A stretch of DNA of 64,000 nucleotides, taken from NCBI GenBank assembly GCA_964035575.1, contig OZ037833.1:2232001-2296000 (forward strand), written 5' to 3'. This DNA is from Rhynchopus sp. YZ270_cl-10 (taxonomy: Eukaryota). The position numbers and the translations under genes were made by a program. The notes beneath the pieces were generated by a model. The model made no database searches and was not told where the DNA came from. It worked only from the letters and a program-made list of their open reading frames with translations. This document shows, piece by piece, positions 1 to 10,642 of the stretch. Positions within the stretch are counted from its first letter, which is position 1. Each line of letters opens with the position of its first letter.

Positions 1-3000
1 TCACAAGGCCCGGCTCTGTGTCATGACCGATGTGCACGTACAGCAGCCCCTCCTGCCTCCGCAGCGGGCCCATCAGACGCCGGCACACCTCACACAGCGA
101 CTCTGTCGTCGAGTCCAGGTCCAGACGCGTCGGCGTCACACCCTTCCCCCACGTCCCCTTCGCGGTTTCAAACTCAATCGCAAAGGTCTTCCCCATCCCC
201 GCCTCCTGTGCGTAGTACGTGATCGACTTGAACTTGTTGAGTGTCATCGCACGCTGCAGGGCCCACTTCTTCCACCGCATGTCGCACATCGAATCCACAC
301 TCTCAATTGTCTCGTCAGTCCCGTCCCCACCCGTCACAATCGCAAGCATCTCCTTGTCCTTCGACTCGTTCCCCTCAATGCACGCACGCACAAGGTTCCG
401 TGACTCCGAGTTCAGTGCCTGCAGGTTTAGCACAACCATACGCCCTGTCTTCAGGTGTCTGAAGAGCGTCACAAACGCAGTCGCATCCTCCTCCAACGTG
501 CTCTCCGTGCAGTCCAGCACGTGGTACGGGCGCACGTCACCCTCAAACAGACTCAGCCCAAACAGCTTCCTGTCTGCCATGGGGATCCGGCTGGTGTCCA
601 CGATCGCCCCCTCCACGGTGTGTCCCACCATCACTCCGTACCGTGCCACCTTCTTGTCGTAGTTATTCACACTGCGTGGGTCCACGGCAGCTCCCTTCAC
701 CTCAAACAGCAGCTGTCCAATGCGCTGCAGCTGCACAAGCGCACTCTCCCGCACGGCTGTCTGTGCCTCCGCCGCAGACGCCCAGTCCACACGCAGCTCA
801 ATCCCGCTGTCCGAGCCCTTTGCCGCCGCCACCAAGGCACGGCGCAGGTCCGGGCCCTTCACCCAGATGTCGCACGCCTTGTTGATGATGTGGCAGCCAG
901 CAAGCTCGTCTGCCGTCATCATGTCCGCGTCCAGCTCCGTTGCACTCACAGAGTGGATGTGCGTCTCAATGTTCACCATCGGCATCAGCTTCGGCACACG
1001 GTGGTCCACCTCCGCGGCTGCGTCCCAACCCGTCCCGAACTCGGCCTTCGTCCAGCACAGCCCACGCGAGTCCTGCCTCAGCATGCTCTCTGACTGGAAC
1101 GCTGCCACCCGGATGCGCGTGTCAGAGCTCCACGAGCTTCCGCTGCCCCAATGCCACGACGTGCAGCAGTGCGGGAGCTCCTCTGGGTTCGACGAGCTGT
1201 AGTACGCCTTCACCGCCCCCGAGGTGTCGTTAGCACATCCGATGTCCGTCACCACCCAGCGACGCACCGCCTTGCTCCAGAAGAGCGCGTGCGTGCTGTT
1301 CGCGTACCACACCTTCCCGCCCTGCTGTGTCGTCTGCAGCTTCATCAGTCCACCGGGCTGCACAGGCGTCACAATGCGGATCACCTGCGGCACGCTGCTG
1401 AACCCGCGCACGGTCGTCCACTTCAGACTGCGGGTGCCAAGCTCCACGTTCCCGTCCGTCGCAGACGAGAATGCCACCGGCCTGTCCACGGGGTCGGACA
1501 CACACCACCTCCCGTTCCAGTGGAAGAGCTGGTACTTGTTGTCCTTGCGCACGTACGTCGGTACACCGCGCTCGTACAGACCGTCCGCAGGGCCCACCGG
1601 CGGCACACCCTTCGCACCTGCCCGCATCGGCGGCAGCTTCGGGTCGCGTGTCCCGCGGATCACCACTGCAGGCGACCCGTTCACCGCAGACGCCTCCTCT
1701 GCCTGCAGCGTCACCTCGGTCGCCTCTGCCGTCCCGTCAAACAGCACGTACGGCACAAGAGGGCCCTCCGCACGCGGGAAGTCCTGCAGCGTTGCTGTGT
1801 GCACCAGACGCTCCCCGTTGCGGATCACGTCCACAGTCCCCTCCCCAAGGTCCACCGTGAACTGGTAGATCACAAGCTGGTCGAGAGGACGCACCCCCGC
1901 CTCCTTCGCCACCTTCCCTGTCGCAGCCACGGTTCCCGGCTCCTGCAGGTTGTACACGCTTCCGTTGTCAAGAATGGTCATCCCGAAGAACGAGTGTCCC
2001 TCCTTCACCTTCTCCTTCAAGTCGACCCCAGGGGGCGCAAGTCCGATGTACACCTTGTCCGTCTTCTCGCGTGCCTTCAGCCCCACCTGGAACTTGTGTG
2101 GGCCGGGGCCGCGGAACACAGTGGACCCGATGGCTCCTGCAATGGTGGCAGTGGACTTCTTCGAAACGGTCTTCCCGTTGTTCGTGATCTTGATGTCCTT
2201 CGTGTCAATGCGGTCCTCGTTCCACGTCAGCACCTCTGTGATGGGCGCCCCGTTGCACAGTGTCGCTGTGGCCGCACGCTCCTTCAGGTACACACACGGA
2301 CGCAGGTCACTCACATCCACTTCGGTGAACATAGCCCCCAGCTCCACGTCGTTCAGCTTGAACGAAATGCGCTTCTGCTTGCGCGAGTGCGACACTGTGA
2401 TGACATCCCCAGACTTGAAGGGCTTCGTCAGGGACACGTCACGGCCGTTGTGGCGCAGCACACCCCCACGCAGGTACCAGAACGCGAGGCCCTTGTTGCG
2501 CTCGCCGTCGGCCTCGGAGCTCTTGAAGTCGATGTTCGGCCTGCACAGACCCACACGCGCACCCTGCACATCACCCTCAAGAAGGATACGCCAGGTGCAT
2601 GCAATACCAGGTGCACCCGAGAACGCAATCGACGGCGCCAGGCCGCGCATCTTCGTGATGCTGCGCCCGTTCGCGGAGATGTCCATCTGAGATGGGGCCG
2701 ACGCAGCACCCCACACCCACGGGCTCTGCACCTCAACAATAAAGCCGTCCTTCACGTTCTTCTTTGCGCCCCCAGACGACCCAGAGTTCTTGAAGAACTC
2801 CATGATCTCCTTGTTCCCCTTCAGCTCGTCCCCCTCTGCCGTCGTCACACTTGTCAGCTTCATCCCACGCTCAAACCCAAGTGCCCCCCAGAACGAATAC
2901 AGGTCCACAGCACCAATGAACAGACTTCTCCCTGTCGGCGACTCCGACACCTCCAGCACCGGCACCTTCGTCCCGTCGGGTGCCTGCACACGCACCTGCT

Positions 3001-6000
3001 GCAGCAGCGGACGTGTGTCCGATGACCAGTTCCTGTGCACCGCGTGTGCCCCGTCAATCTGCACGCGCACTGCACTCGGCGTGTTGCTCAGCAGCCCATA
3101 CTGGTCCGGCTCCACCCATCCGTCCATGGCCCACGGCTCCAGCGACCCGTCGTGCTCCGAACACGACGCAAGCAGTTGGTGCCCGTCAAACGCAGCCTTC
3201 GAGTACACAGCCCACCCGTTCGACACAGGGACCAGCGTTGCCCCGTCCACACGTGCGTACGTGTACAGCCCCCTCCTGTACTCCCCATCGGCCTCCCCAC
3301 ACCCCATCAGCTTCAGCGGGTTCGGGTCCTCCGGCAGCGGCGTACGTTGTGGCAGACGCACCGCCAGACACGGCGTCATCTGCGGACACATCTCCTGCAC
3401 CTGCTGGTTCGCCGTCTCCTGTGTTTCGTTCATCACAGCCGACACCTGCTGGCCACGCCGGGTCGGCCGCGACCGTGTCTCACGCCACGGCATCACCATG
3501 CGGCCTGCCTCCTCTTTCGTCAGGTCACCAGTCGAACTCACCCCACGCATCAGCTCTGCCATGCGCACCAGCTCTGCCGGGGTCAGGCACGCAAGCGACG
3601 GGTGCCTGTCGCATGCCTCGTGGAACACCGACACCAGGCCCGCCGTGTCCGCAGACCACTGCCCCACCAGCGTGCGCAGCATCTGGTTCACCACACCACC
3701 CTCGTTGTGACGGAAGCTGATCTTGCGCGACCGGAACTCAATGTGTCCCTCCCCAAAGAGCACACACGTCGTGTTGAAGGCACGCAGCACCTCACGCGCC
3801 TGCACACGGAACGTGTCCAGCGCCTCATCCAGGTTCCACTGCAGCGTTGCACGGTACACAATGTCCTGGTACTCAGGTCCAGACTTCGTCACACCGCCAA
3901 ACTCGCACGTCAGCGACGGCACCCCTGTCGGCGGGAGCTCAATCACCACAAGCGAGGGCTCCTGGTTCACGTTCATCGCCTCGGGCTCCACGTCATCGTT
4001 CTCAGCAGGGGGAAGCCCTGCTGCCGCCCTGCAGTGCGAAATCAGCCTGTCCGTCGCTCCGTTCTGCTCCTTGATCATCTTCTCAAGACCGTCAACCTGC
4101 TCTGCAGTGTTGATGCGCTCCAGGTTCGCCTGGATCTGGCGCACGTTCACATCGTTTGCAAAGTTCCGGCTCAGCAGGTCCCAGAACCCGTCTGGGCTTT
4201 GCGCCCCTGTTGTGGTTCTGTTGTTGATCGGGGCACGCAGTGACGCAGCACTTGCCACATCCGCAATCGTCACCTTCGCCTTCAGACCCTGGTCCTCCCA
4301 CTCCTGCTGCAGCTCCCGCGTCCGCTCCGCAAAGTTGTCCATGTGCAGCTTCGACGCAGACACAAACGGGTTGATGAACGTCACGCAGTTCAGGAAGGTC
4401 TGGAACGACGCGTGCTGCAGGTCGCGTGCGTTCGTCAGCACGTTCGCAAGACCTTCGTCCTGGGCGTGCGGGTGGTCTCTGGTGAACTCAACAATCTTCT
4501 CGCACTTCAGCATCGTGGCAATCACCTCCAGCACCTCGTGCTTGCAGCCCCCAGACACCTCACGGATCTCGTTGCACTTCCCCAGCGCGTCGGACAGGGG
4601 GGTGTTGTTCAGGTCGCTCTCCAGCAGCAGCTCGCGCTCCCGCTTGTTGAAGAAGTCCGGCTGCAGGCGCAGGTCCTTCGGGCACTCATCACTAGCCAGC
4701 GTGCGGAACGACTTCAGGCCGTCAATCATGAACCGCAGGGGGAGTGCCCCGTCCACCAAGGCATCCGCCACCTCGCGCGACACACCGAGCTTCGTCAGCA
4801 GGTCCACCTCCTGCTTCTTCCGCTCCCCCTGCAGGCGTCCCTCCTTCGGGTCCATGAAGGCCGTTGCCTCCCCCACAGTCGTGCGCAGGGTGAACTTGCG
4901 CAGGTTCTTCTTCAGCTGCTCAAAGATGCGCGGCATGTCCCCCAGCGTCACAACCTTCCCCTTCTCCGACGAGTGCCGGAAGTGTGCACGCAGCAGCGGC
5001 GACAGCACCGCATCCTGGATCTCCCACGCAGGCCCCAGCGTCCGCTTCCCCTCCTCGACAGTCGACTCCAGGTCGCACAGGTCCACAAGGTCGCTCTCAC
5101 GGATCTTCTGCTCCATGTCCTGCATCCGGCGCGAGTCCTCACGCACACCCCACTGCTCCATCAGCTCACGGCACAGGTGCTGCGTTGTTTCCAGGTCCTT
5201 CTTCGGGTTCCGGAAGCTCTCCTCCTTCAGGTCGGCCGGGGTCTTCAGGTTGTTGTCGTTGTAGATCGCACGGTAGTTCCGCATCATCATGAAGGAACGC
5301 GCAGAGATCTTTCTGTTGTTCAGGTTGCTCTGCAGCAGGTTGTTCTCACGCGACACACTGTCGATGAACGTCCCAAGGGTCGCGTAGTTCCCCTTCAGCT
5401 GCTTCAACTTCACCAGCGACACTGGCACGCTGTTCCAGCGCACAGGACGCTGTGTGCTGTACGCCTTGAGCAGAATCTTCGCAGCGTGCATGCGCAGGTC
5501 ACGCAGGTCCGCCAGACTCTTCCCGGGCTGCACAGCCAGCACCCAGTTGTCCAGGGTCGGCAGCAGCTTCTCTGTCGATGTCTTCTTCACAATCTGCTTG
5601 CAGCACGCCTCCCACAAACGCAGGATCGGTCCGTAGAACGGGTCGTCCTGCCCCACCTGCAGGCTTGGGAAGATTGTGCGGATTGTTGTGCATGCGTCCG
5701 CCTCCTTGTGCAGCGACTCGCACGCCCACGCAGAGATGCGCTCCGCCAGCTGTGGGAAGGTCCCCTTGTTCGACTGCTCACCCCACTCGCACACCGGGCG
5801 TTCGGCAGGCGGCGCCGTCAGCTCAAACCTGCACTGCGTCCAGCGGTGTGTCGTGTCCTTCATGTAGCGTCCTGTGTAGCCGCTTCCCGTCCGCCGCAGC
5901 TCGACAGTGTACAGCTGTTCGCGGGAGTGCTCCTCCTCCACACCCTGGGTTGTCTCCACGTACACACTGTCCTGCACCAGGACAAAACGCAGCCCGTCGT

Positions 6001-8002
6001 CCTCGTACTTGATTTCACGCAGTGTGCAGCTGTGCAGGTGCGGCGAGTTCAGGCGCACGTGGTGTCCGCTGATCGTGAACGCGTCGGGGTGCGTCTTCCC
6101 ATGCAGACCGTTCACCCACGTCCAGGTCCCGTCAAAGTCGTGGCACGACACCTTGTTCAGCGACTGCAGCACCGACAGCGGGTCCCGCCCCTTGTTCGTC
6201 TCGCCCTTGGCCACCGCCTCCAGCGCCCCCGCCACAGCCACAGGGTACCGGTTCAGCAGGTGGCCTGCCTCCATCGCCAGACCAATCACCGCAATCAGGT
6301 TGATACAGGGCGCGTGCTCTGCCTGCGACACAAGCCAGCCAGTCTCCCCAAAGATCTTCGACTTCGGCTCCATCGACTCCAACACGTGCAGCAGTGTCGC
6401 AGGGTGGCAGCGGCGCACCCCCACACGCGCGATGTACGTCTGCAGCTGCTCCTGCAGCCCCTCCAGATCCTTGTAGGCCTTCTGCAGGTGCTCCTTCAGG
6501 CGCTCGGCCGAGTCCGTCGGGTTCTGCAGCACCTCGCGCAGTGCACGTGCAGCAAACACAACAACACGCTCCTCCGACACCTCGTCCTTTGCCAGCAGGT
6601 AGTTCGGCGGCCCGTACAGCTCGTATGCCACCGGCCCGCCACGCGCCTCCTTCACGTACACACTCATGCGTGCAGTGCGCTCACGGTGCATGAACCCACG
6701 TGACTTCATCAGGAAGAGCAGCACCTTCCCCTGGAACTCACAGTAGTAATCTGCAACCACAGCCTGTGCATACGTGCGCTGTTGCGGCACCTGCTGCACG
6801 GTTGCCACGATCGGCTTGGTGTGCCCAGGAAGCATCAACTCCAGGTGGTACGATGCCGACCGCATCGGACCACGGCCTCCCATCCCGCCACCCATGCCCA
6901 TCGGAAACCCGTCGTCGAACATGTCGTCGTCGTCGCCTCCCATCAGGTTGCCCAGCATCGCCATCGGTCCGCCACGACCCCCTCTTCCACCACCAGGGCC
7001 GCCGCCTCCTAGAGCACGTGTCGCACTGGGGTCGGGCTTGAACTTGAAGATCGTGCAGTCCTCACCCTCCCTCAACTTCCCCTTGGACTCCCACCGTCCC
7101 ACAATGTCGTCGCCACCCTCCATGTCATGTTCAAAGCGGAGGCGGTGACGGCCACCCTCACGCCGCCCGGACTGGTTCTTCGACAGCTCAACCAGGTCGT
7201 CCCGCTTCAGCAGGGACCAGACGTCCTTCGCCGACACACCCTCAGCTGCGTGTCGCAGGAAGAAGTCGCGTTCGTCCTTCTCCAGGATGCTCAGCAGCGG
7301 GTGCTCCTTGTTTGCCTGTCCAAGCACAAGCTCTGCCACACGCTTCTTGTCCGCAGGTGCCGTCAGGGCCTCGCGCAGGATGCGTGGCCACAGCGGCCCA
7401 GGCTTGTCGTGGCCCTTCATGTAGAAACGCATCTCCTGCATGTATCTGTAGGCAGCCGTCCCCTCCTTCCCGTACGGAAGGTGCGACCCAAACTTGTTCA
7501 CAGACTCGGCAACGTAGGAGCACACCGTGTTCCACCTGGGGTTTGCTGTCTCGCTGTGGTCCATGCGGTACCCTTCCAACTCCCTGAAGTCAGGGCGCTT
7601 CGAGCTGTCTGCATGGCGCAGCGACGTGTCCACCACCTGCTTCACAAGTGATTGCACATGGTCCCCCGCAAGGTCGTATGCAGCCTTCCCCTCAGACTGC
7701 TGCGGCACCTTTGCGTGCGACTTGTACACCTCCAGCAGTGCAACCAGGGTCGCCATGTTCACAAGCAGCCCTGCAGACAGCCGGTCAGCGCCGTACTGCT
7801 TCGCGTGGTCGCGGATGATCTTCGCCGCCCTCTCCAGCGTGCGCACATCCTCCAGGTACAGACCATAGTCTGCGTACGTGGTGATCAGGAAAATCATGTT
7901 GTCACGCAGGCCTTCGTTCGACGCATCGGCACGCGAACACACATTCTTCGTTACCTCTGTCCATTGGGCTAGGAAATCAGCGTCGCTAACAGGAAGCGCC
8001 AT
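1..8002 (-). CDS. 5' part (~2,667 codons) of a second, tandem copy of the giant RNF213-like AAA+ ATPase gene; runs off the left edge of the window
   Basis: 1-8205 repeats 22031-30235 at a fixed 22,030 bp offset, with identical ORF-track translations in all frames. ATG at 8002 corresponds to 30032. Confidence 0.88.
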   Translation of the reverse strand, partial: MALPVSDADFLAQWTEVTKNVCSRADASNEGLRDNMIFLITTYADYGLYLEDVRTLERAAKIIRDHAKQYGADRLSAGLLVNMATLVALLEVYKSHAKVPQQSEGKAAYDLAGDHVQSLVKQVVDTSLRHADSSKRPDFRELEGYRMDHSETANPRWNTVCSYVAESVNKFGSHLPYGKEGTAAYRYMQEMRFYMKGHDKPGPLWPRILREALTAPADKKRVAELVLGQANKEHPLLSILEKDERDFFLRHAAEGVSAKDVWSLLKRDDLVELSKNQSGRREGGRHRLRFEHDMEGGDDIVGRWESKGKLREGEDCTIFKFKPDPSATRALGGGGPGGGRGGRGGPMAMLGNLMGGDDDDMFDDGFPMGMGGGMGGRGPMRSASYHLELMLPGHTKPIVATVQQVPQQRTYAQAVVADYYCEFQGKVLLFLMKSRGFMHRERTARMSVYVKEARGGPVAYELYGPPNYLLAKDEVSEERVVVFAARALREVLQNPTDSAERLKEHLQKAYKDLEGLQEQLQTYIARVGVRRCHPATLLHVLESMEPKSKIFGETGWLVSQAEHAPCINLIAVIGLAMEAGHLLNRYPVAVAGALEAVAKGETNKGRDPLSVLQSLNKVSCHDFDGTWTWVNGLHGKTHPDAFTISGHHVRLNSPHLHSCTLREIKYEDDGLRFVLVQDSVYVETTQGVEEEHSREQLYTVELRRTGSGYTGRYMKDTTHRWTQCRFELTAPPAERPVCEWGEQSNKGTFPQLAERISAWACESLHKEADACTTIRTIFPSLQVGQDDPFYGPILRLWEACCKQIVKKTSTEKLLPTLDNWVLAVQPGKSLADLRDLRMHAAKILLKAYSTQRPVRWNSVPVSLVKLKQLKGNYATLGTFIDSVSRENNLLQSNLNNRKISARSFMMMRNYRAIYNDNNLKTPADLKEESFRNPKKDLETTQHLCRELMEQWGVREDSRRMQDMEQKIRESDLVDLCDLESTVEEGKRTLGPAWEIQDAVLSPLLRAHFRHSSEKGKVVTLGDMPRIFEQLKKNLRKFTLRTTVGEATAFMDPKEGRLQGERKKQEVDLLTKLGVSREVADALVDGALPLRFMIDGLKSFRTLASDECPKDLRLQPDFFNKRERELLLESDLNNTPLSDALGKCNEIREVSGGCKHEVLEVIATMLKCEKIVEFTRDHPHAQDEGLANVLTNARDLQHASFQTFLNCVTFINPFVSASKLHMDNFAERTRELQQEWEDQGLKAKVTIADVASAASLRAPINNRTTTGAQSPDGFWDLLSRNFANDVNVRQIQANLERINTAEQVDGLEKMIKEQNGATDRLISHCRAAAGLPPAENDDVEPEAMNVNQEPSLVVIELPPTGVPSLTCEFGGVTKSGPEYQDIVYRATLQWNLDEALDTFRVQAREVLRAFNTTCVLFGEGHIEFRSRKISFRHNEGGVVNQMLRTLVGQWSADTAGLVSVFHEACDRHPSLACLTPAELVRMAELMRGVSSTGDLTKEEAGRMVMPWRETRSRPTRRGQQVSAVMNETQETANQQVQEMCPQMTPCLAVRLPQRTPLPEDPNPLKLMGCGEADGEYRRGLYTYARVDGATLVPVSNGWAVYSKAAFDGHQLLASCSEHDGSLEPWAMDGWVEPDQYGLLSNTPSAVRVQIDGAHAVHRNWSSDTRPLLQQVRVQAPDGTKVPVLEVSESPTGRSLFIGAVDLYSFWGALGFERGMKLTSVTTAEGDELKGNKEIMEFFKNSGSSGGAKKNVKDGFIVEVQSPWVWGAASAPSQMDISANGRSITKMRGLAPSIAFSGAPGIACTWRILLEGDVQGARVGLCRPNIDFKSSEADGERNKGLAFWYLRGGVLRHNGRDVSLTKPFKSGDVITVSHSRKQKRISFKLNDVELGAMFTEVDVSDLRPCVYLKERAATATLCNGAPITEVLTWNEDRIDTKDIKITNNGKTVSKKSTATIAGAIGSTVFRGPGPHKFQVGLKAREKTDKVYIGLAPPGVDLKEKVKEGHSFFGMTILDNGSVYNLQEPGTVAATGKVAKEAGVRPLDQLVIYQFTVDLGEGTVDVIRNGERLVHTATLQDFPRAEGPLVPYVLFDGTAEATEVTLQAEEASAVNGSPAVVIRGTRDPKLPPMRAGAKGVPPVGPADGLYERGVPTYVRKDNKYQLFHWNGRWCVSDPVDRPVAFSSATDGNVELGTRSLKWTTVRGFSSVPQVIRIVTPVQPGGLMKLQTTQQGGKVWYANSTHALFWSKAVRRWVVTDIGCANDTSGAVKAYYSSSNPEELPHCCTSWHWGSGSSWSSDTRIRVAAFQSESMLRQDSRGLCWTKAEFGTGWDAAAEVDHRVPKLMPMVNIETHIHSVSATELDADMMTADELAGCHIINKACDIWVKGPDLRRALVAAAKGSDSGIELRVDWASAAEAQTAVRESALVQLQRIGQLLFEVKGAAVDPRSVNNYDKKVARYGVMVGHTVEGAIVDTSRIPMADRKLFGLSLFEGDVRPYHVLDCTESTLEEDATAFVTLFRHLKTGRMVVLNLQALNSESRNLVRACIEGNESKDKEMLAIVTGGDGTDETIESVDSMCDMRWKKWALQRAMTLNKFKSITYYAQEAGMGKTFAIEFETAKGTWGKGVTPTRLDLDSTTESLCEVCRRLMGPLRRQEGLLYVHIGHDTEPGLV

Positions 8003-8205
8003 CTTTACAACTTCGTGGCGTACGCTGGCTTGCACAGGGGTCTCGGAGAATATAAACTAAAAAAGCAGGCTCAGGAAGAGGATCAGAGTGGGAACGCCCA
8101 CTTCGACCGTGTGTCTTGTCTGGCAGGTGTGAGTGTTGTGGGTTTGGGGGGTGTGCGTCGAATGGGGTGGGATGGGGGGACATGGATAGGGCACAGGGAG
8201 AGAAA
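1..8205 (+). repeat. Direct segmental/tandem duplication, copy 1 (partner 22031-30235)
   Basis: No differences seen by eye. Identity stops after GGGAGAGAAA at 8205/30235. Confidence 0.95.
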
Positions 8206-8211
8206 GGGGGG

Positions 8212-8428
8212 TCCAGAGTCCAGAGTCCAGAGTCCAGAGTCCAGAGTCCAGAGTCCAGAGTCCAGAGTCCAGAGTCCAGAGTCCAGAGTCCAGAGTCCAG
8301 AGTCCAGAGTCCAGAGTCCAGAGTCCAGAGTCCAGAGTCCAGAGTCCAGAGTCCAGAGTCCAGAGTCCAGAGTCCAGAGTCCAGAGTCCAGAGTCCAGAG
8401 TCCAGAGTCCAGAGTCCAGAGTCCAGAG
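8212..8428. repeat. Perfect heptamer microsatellite (TCCAGAG)31
   Basis: Direct reading. Confidence 0.98.
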
Positions 8429-8581
8429 TGTACTTGTGAAGCATGTGCTTCGAGAAACCTTGTCCTGCACGACTTCCCTCCCACACCAACCCTGGCCACG
8501 TCCTGAGCTTAGGATGTTCGTCATCTCAGCATTCCATTCAAAGTGCACAGTGTGTCGTGGCAACCTCCGGAAATAACCAAG

Positions 8582-8833
8582 CGCAATACGCAATACGCAA
8601 TACGCAATACGCAATACGCAATACGCAATACGCAATACGCAATACGCAATACGCAATACGCAATACGCAATACGCAATACGCAATACGCAATACGCAATA
8701 CGCAATACGCAATACGCAATACGCAATACGCAATACGCAATACGCAATACGCAATACGCAATACGCAATACGCAATACGCAATACGCAATACGCAATACG
8801 CAATACGCAATACGCAATACGCAATACGCAATA
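8582..8833. repeat. Perfect heptamer microsatellite (CGCAATA)36
   Basis: Direct reading. Confidence 0.98.
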
Positions 8834-8917
8834 ACCACACCCAGCACCCTACCCACAGAGCAGAACTGCATAATCTGCCAGAAGACATCCAACCACAAAC
8901 ATAAACACAAACAACCT

Positions 8918-9187
8918 CCCAATCCCAATCCCAATCCCAATCCCAATCCCAATCCCAATCCCAATCCCAATCCCAATCCCAATCCCAATCCCAATCCCAA
9001 TCCCAATCCCAATCCCAATCCCAATCCCAATCCCAATCCCAATCCCAATCCCAATCCCAATCCCAATCCCAATCCCAATCCCAATCCCAATCCCAATCCC
9101 AATCCCAATCCCAATCCCAATCCCAATCCCAATCCCAATCCCAATCCCAATCCCAATCCCAATCCCAATCCCAATCCCAATCCCAAT
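8918..9187. repeat. Perfect hexamer microsatellite (CCCAAT)45, i.e. (GGGATT)n on the minus strand
   Basis: Direct reading. Confidence 0.98.
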
Positions 9188-10642
9188 GAATCGCGAATAG
9201 GAGAACTGTGCAACGGCCAGTGCGTCGGCTGTCCAACACGTCTACAGAACACCAAGAAAGGGAGAGGGGGTTTGGTACGCTGCTCCACAGAGTGAGGAAG
9301 AGTGAGAGGGGGTTGGTACGAACAGCAGGAGATGAGAGGACTGAAAGCAGGCAAATGTAACAAAAAAAAAACCCCCTCTTCTTTTTTTTCCTGTTTATCA
9401 AAGCTCGTTTGTCATTGCATTAATTTTTGACGGGATTTTGTTGTTTCTCCTTACTTTTTTTGTTGCGTTTTCCATTCGTTAGTCGCACATTTCCGTGCCT
9501 TTACTTGCTCCAATGTCTTGTTAAGAGAGGCTTGGATTGTCCTCTGTACATACAAAGACGGGGTGCCAGTTGAAGAGGACAAAAAAAGAAAAGAAAAAGA
9601 GACATAAAAGATACGTTCGTGCAGTCAACCCTGCACAATGCCCCATCCTGCCAGCCCCACGTCACACAGAACAACATCACAACGCGTGTTTAATACAAAA
9701 CACACAAAATAATACAAAACGTCGACACAAAATCAAAAATCAAAAATCAAAAACAGCAAATAAATGGTAGTTATTGATGCAGACACCTCGATGAACGCAT
9801 AAAATAAAATAAATAAAAAGGTAAAAAATGAAGTTCGTGAGATGAACCGAAGCCTCGTGTGTTTGGTCAACTCAGTCACCTTGAAAAGAAAAAAGAAAAG
9901 GAAAAAAAGAGGGGCAAAAACAGAAACTAATAAATGAGGAGTAAGGGGAAAAAGGGGGGGAAGGAGACAAATATGAATGTGAGAGAAAAGGGAGAATGGC
10001 AGTTCCAGAGACAGTCCAGAAAAGCTGAAGGACGTGAACTCACGTGCACACACATCAGAAAAAATACAGTGATTTTTGCTCCCTATTCCCATCAAAAGTG
10101 AATTGACGACATGGGAAGAAAAACACACTGGTTCTGTTTGTTTGTTTGTTTGCTTGTTTTATTTTTCTTTTTTTCCTTTTTTTTGTTTGAAAACTTGGTT
10201 GTATCAGTGTAGACACACATATTTACTTTATTTTGGTTTTATATAGAAAAACATATCATATTGTCTCCAAGAAAAAGGAGTAAAACTTTGAAGAATGAAC
10301 GTGCCTCACACAAGGCAACACGCATCTGAAAAAGGAAAAAAAAGGGAAACCCGAAAAGAACCCCACCATGTGTGCTTCACCAACCGAACGAGATGGGAAG
10401 CATATTACGCAAACAGCGTAAAGAAAAAATTCTTAAAAATACAAAACCCAAAAATAAAAACACCTCAAAGGACACAGACACCGGGGAAAAATAAAAACCA
10501 ACGTAAAGCGCGTAACATGGAAAAGGGAAACAGGGATTGGCTAGTCAATATCCCTGTATTGCACAGATCCAGAGGCTACTTTTTTTTTTTCTTATAAACA
10601 AAGAGCGTTGGCAGGAAAGTAAGGTTATGTCCGGTGTTGCGT

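Noticed and set aside
8918..9187. True telomere or interstitial TTAGGG array
   Set aside because: The unit is GGGATT, not a permutation of TTAGGG, and the array is internal
7986..9401. ORFs encoding (LWTLDSG)n, (CVLRIAY)n, (GL)n, (WD)n and (NP)n
   Set aside because: Translations of perfect microsatellites with no synonymous variation
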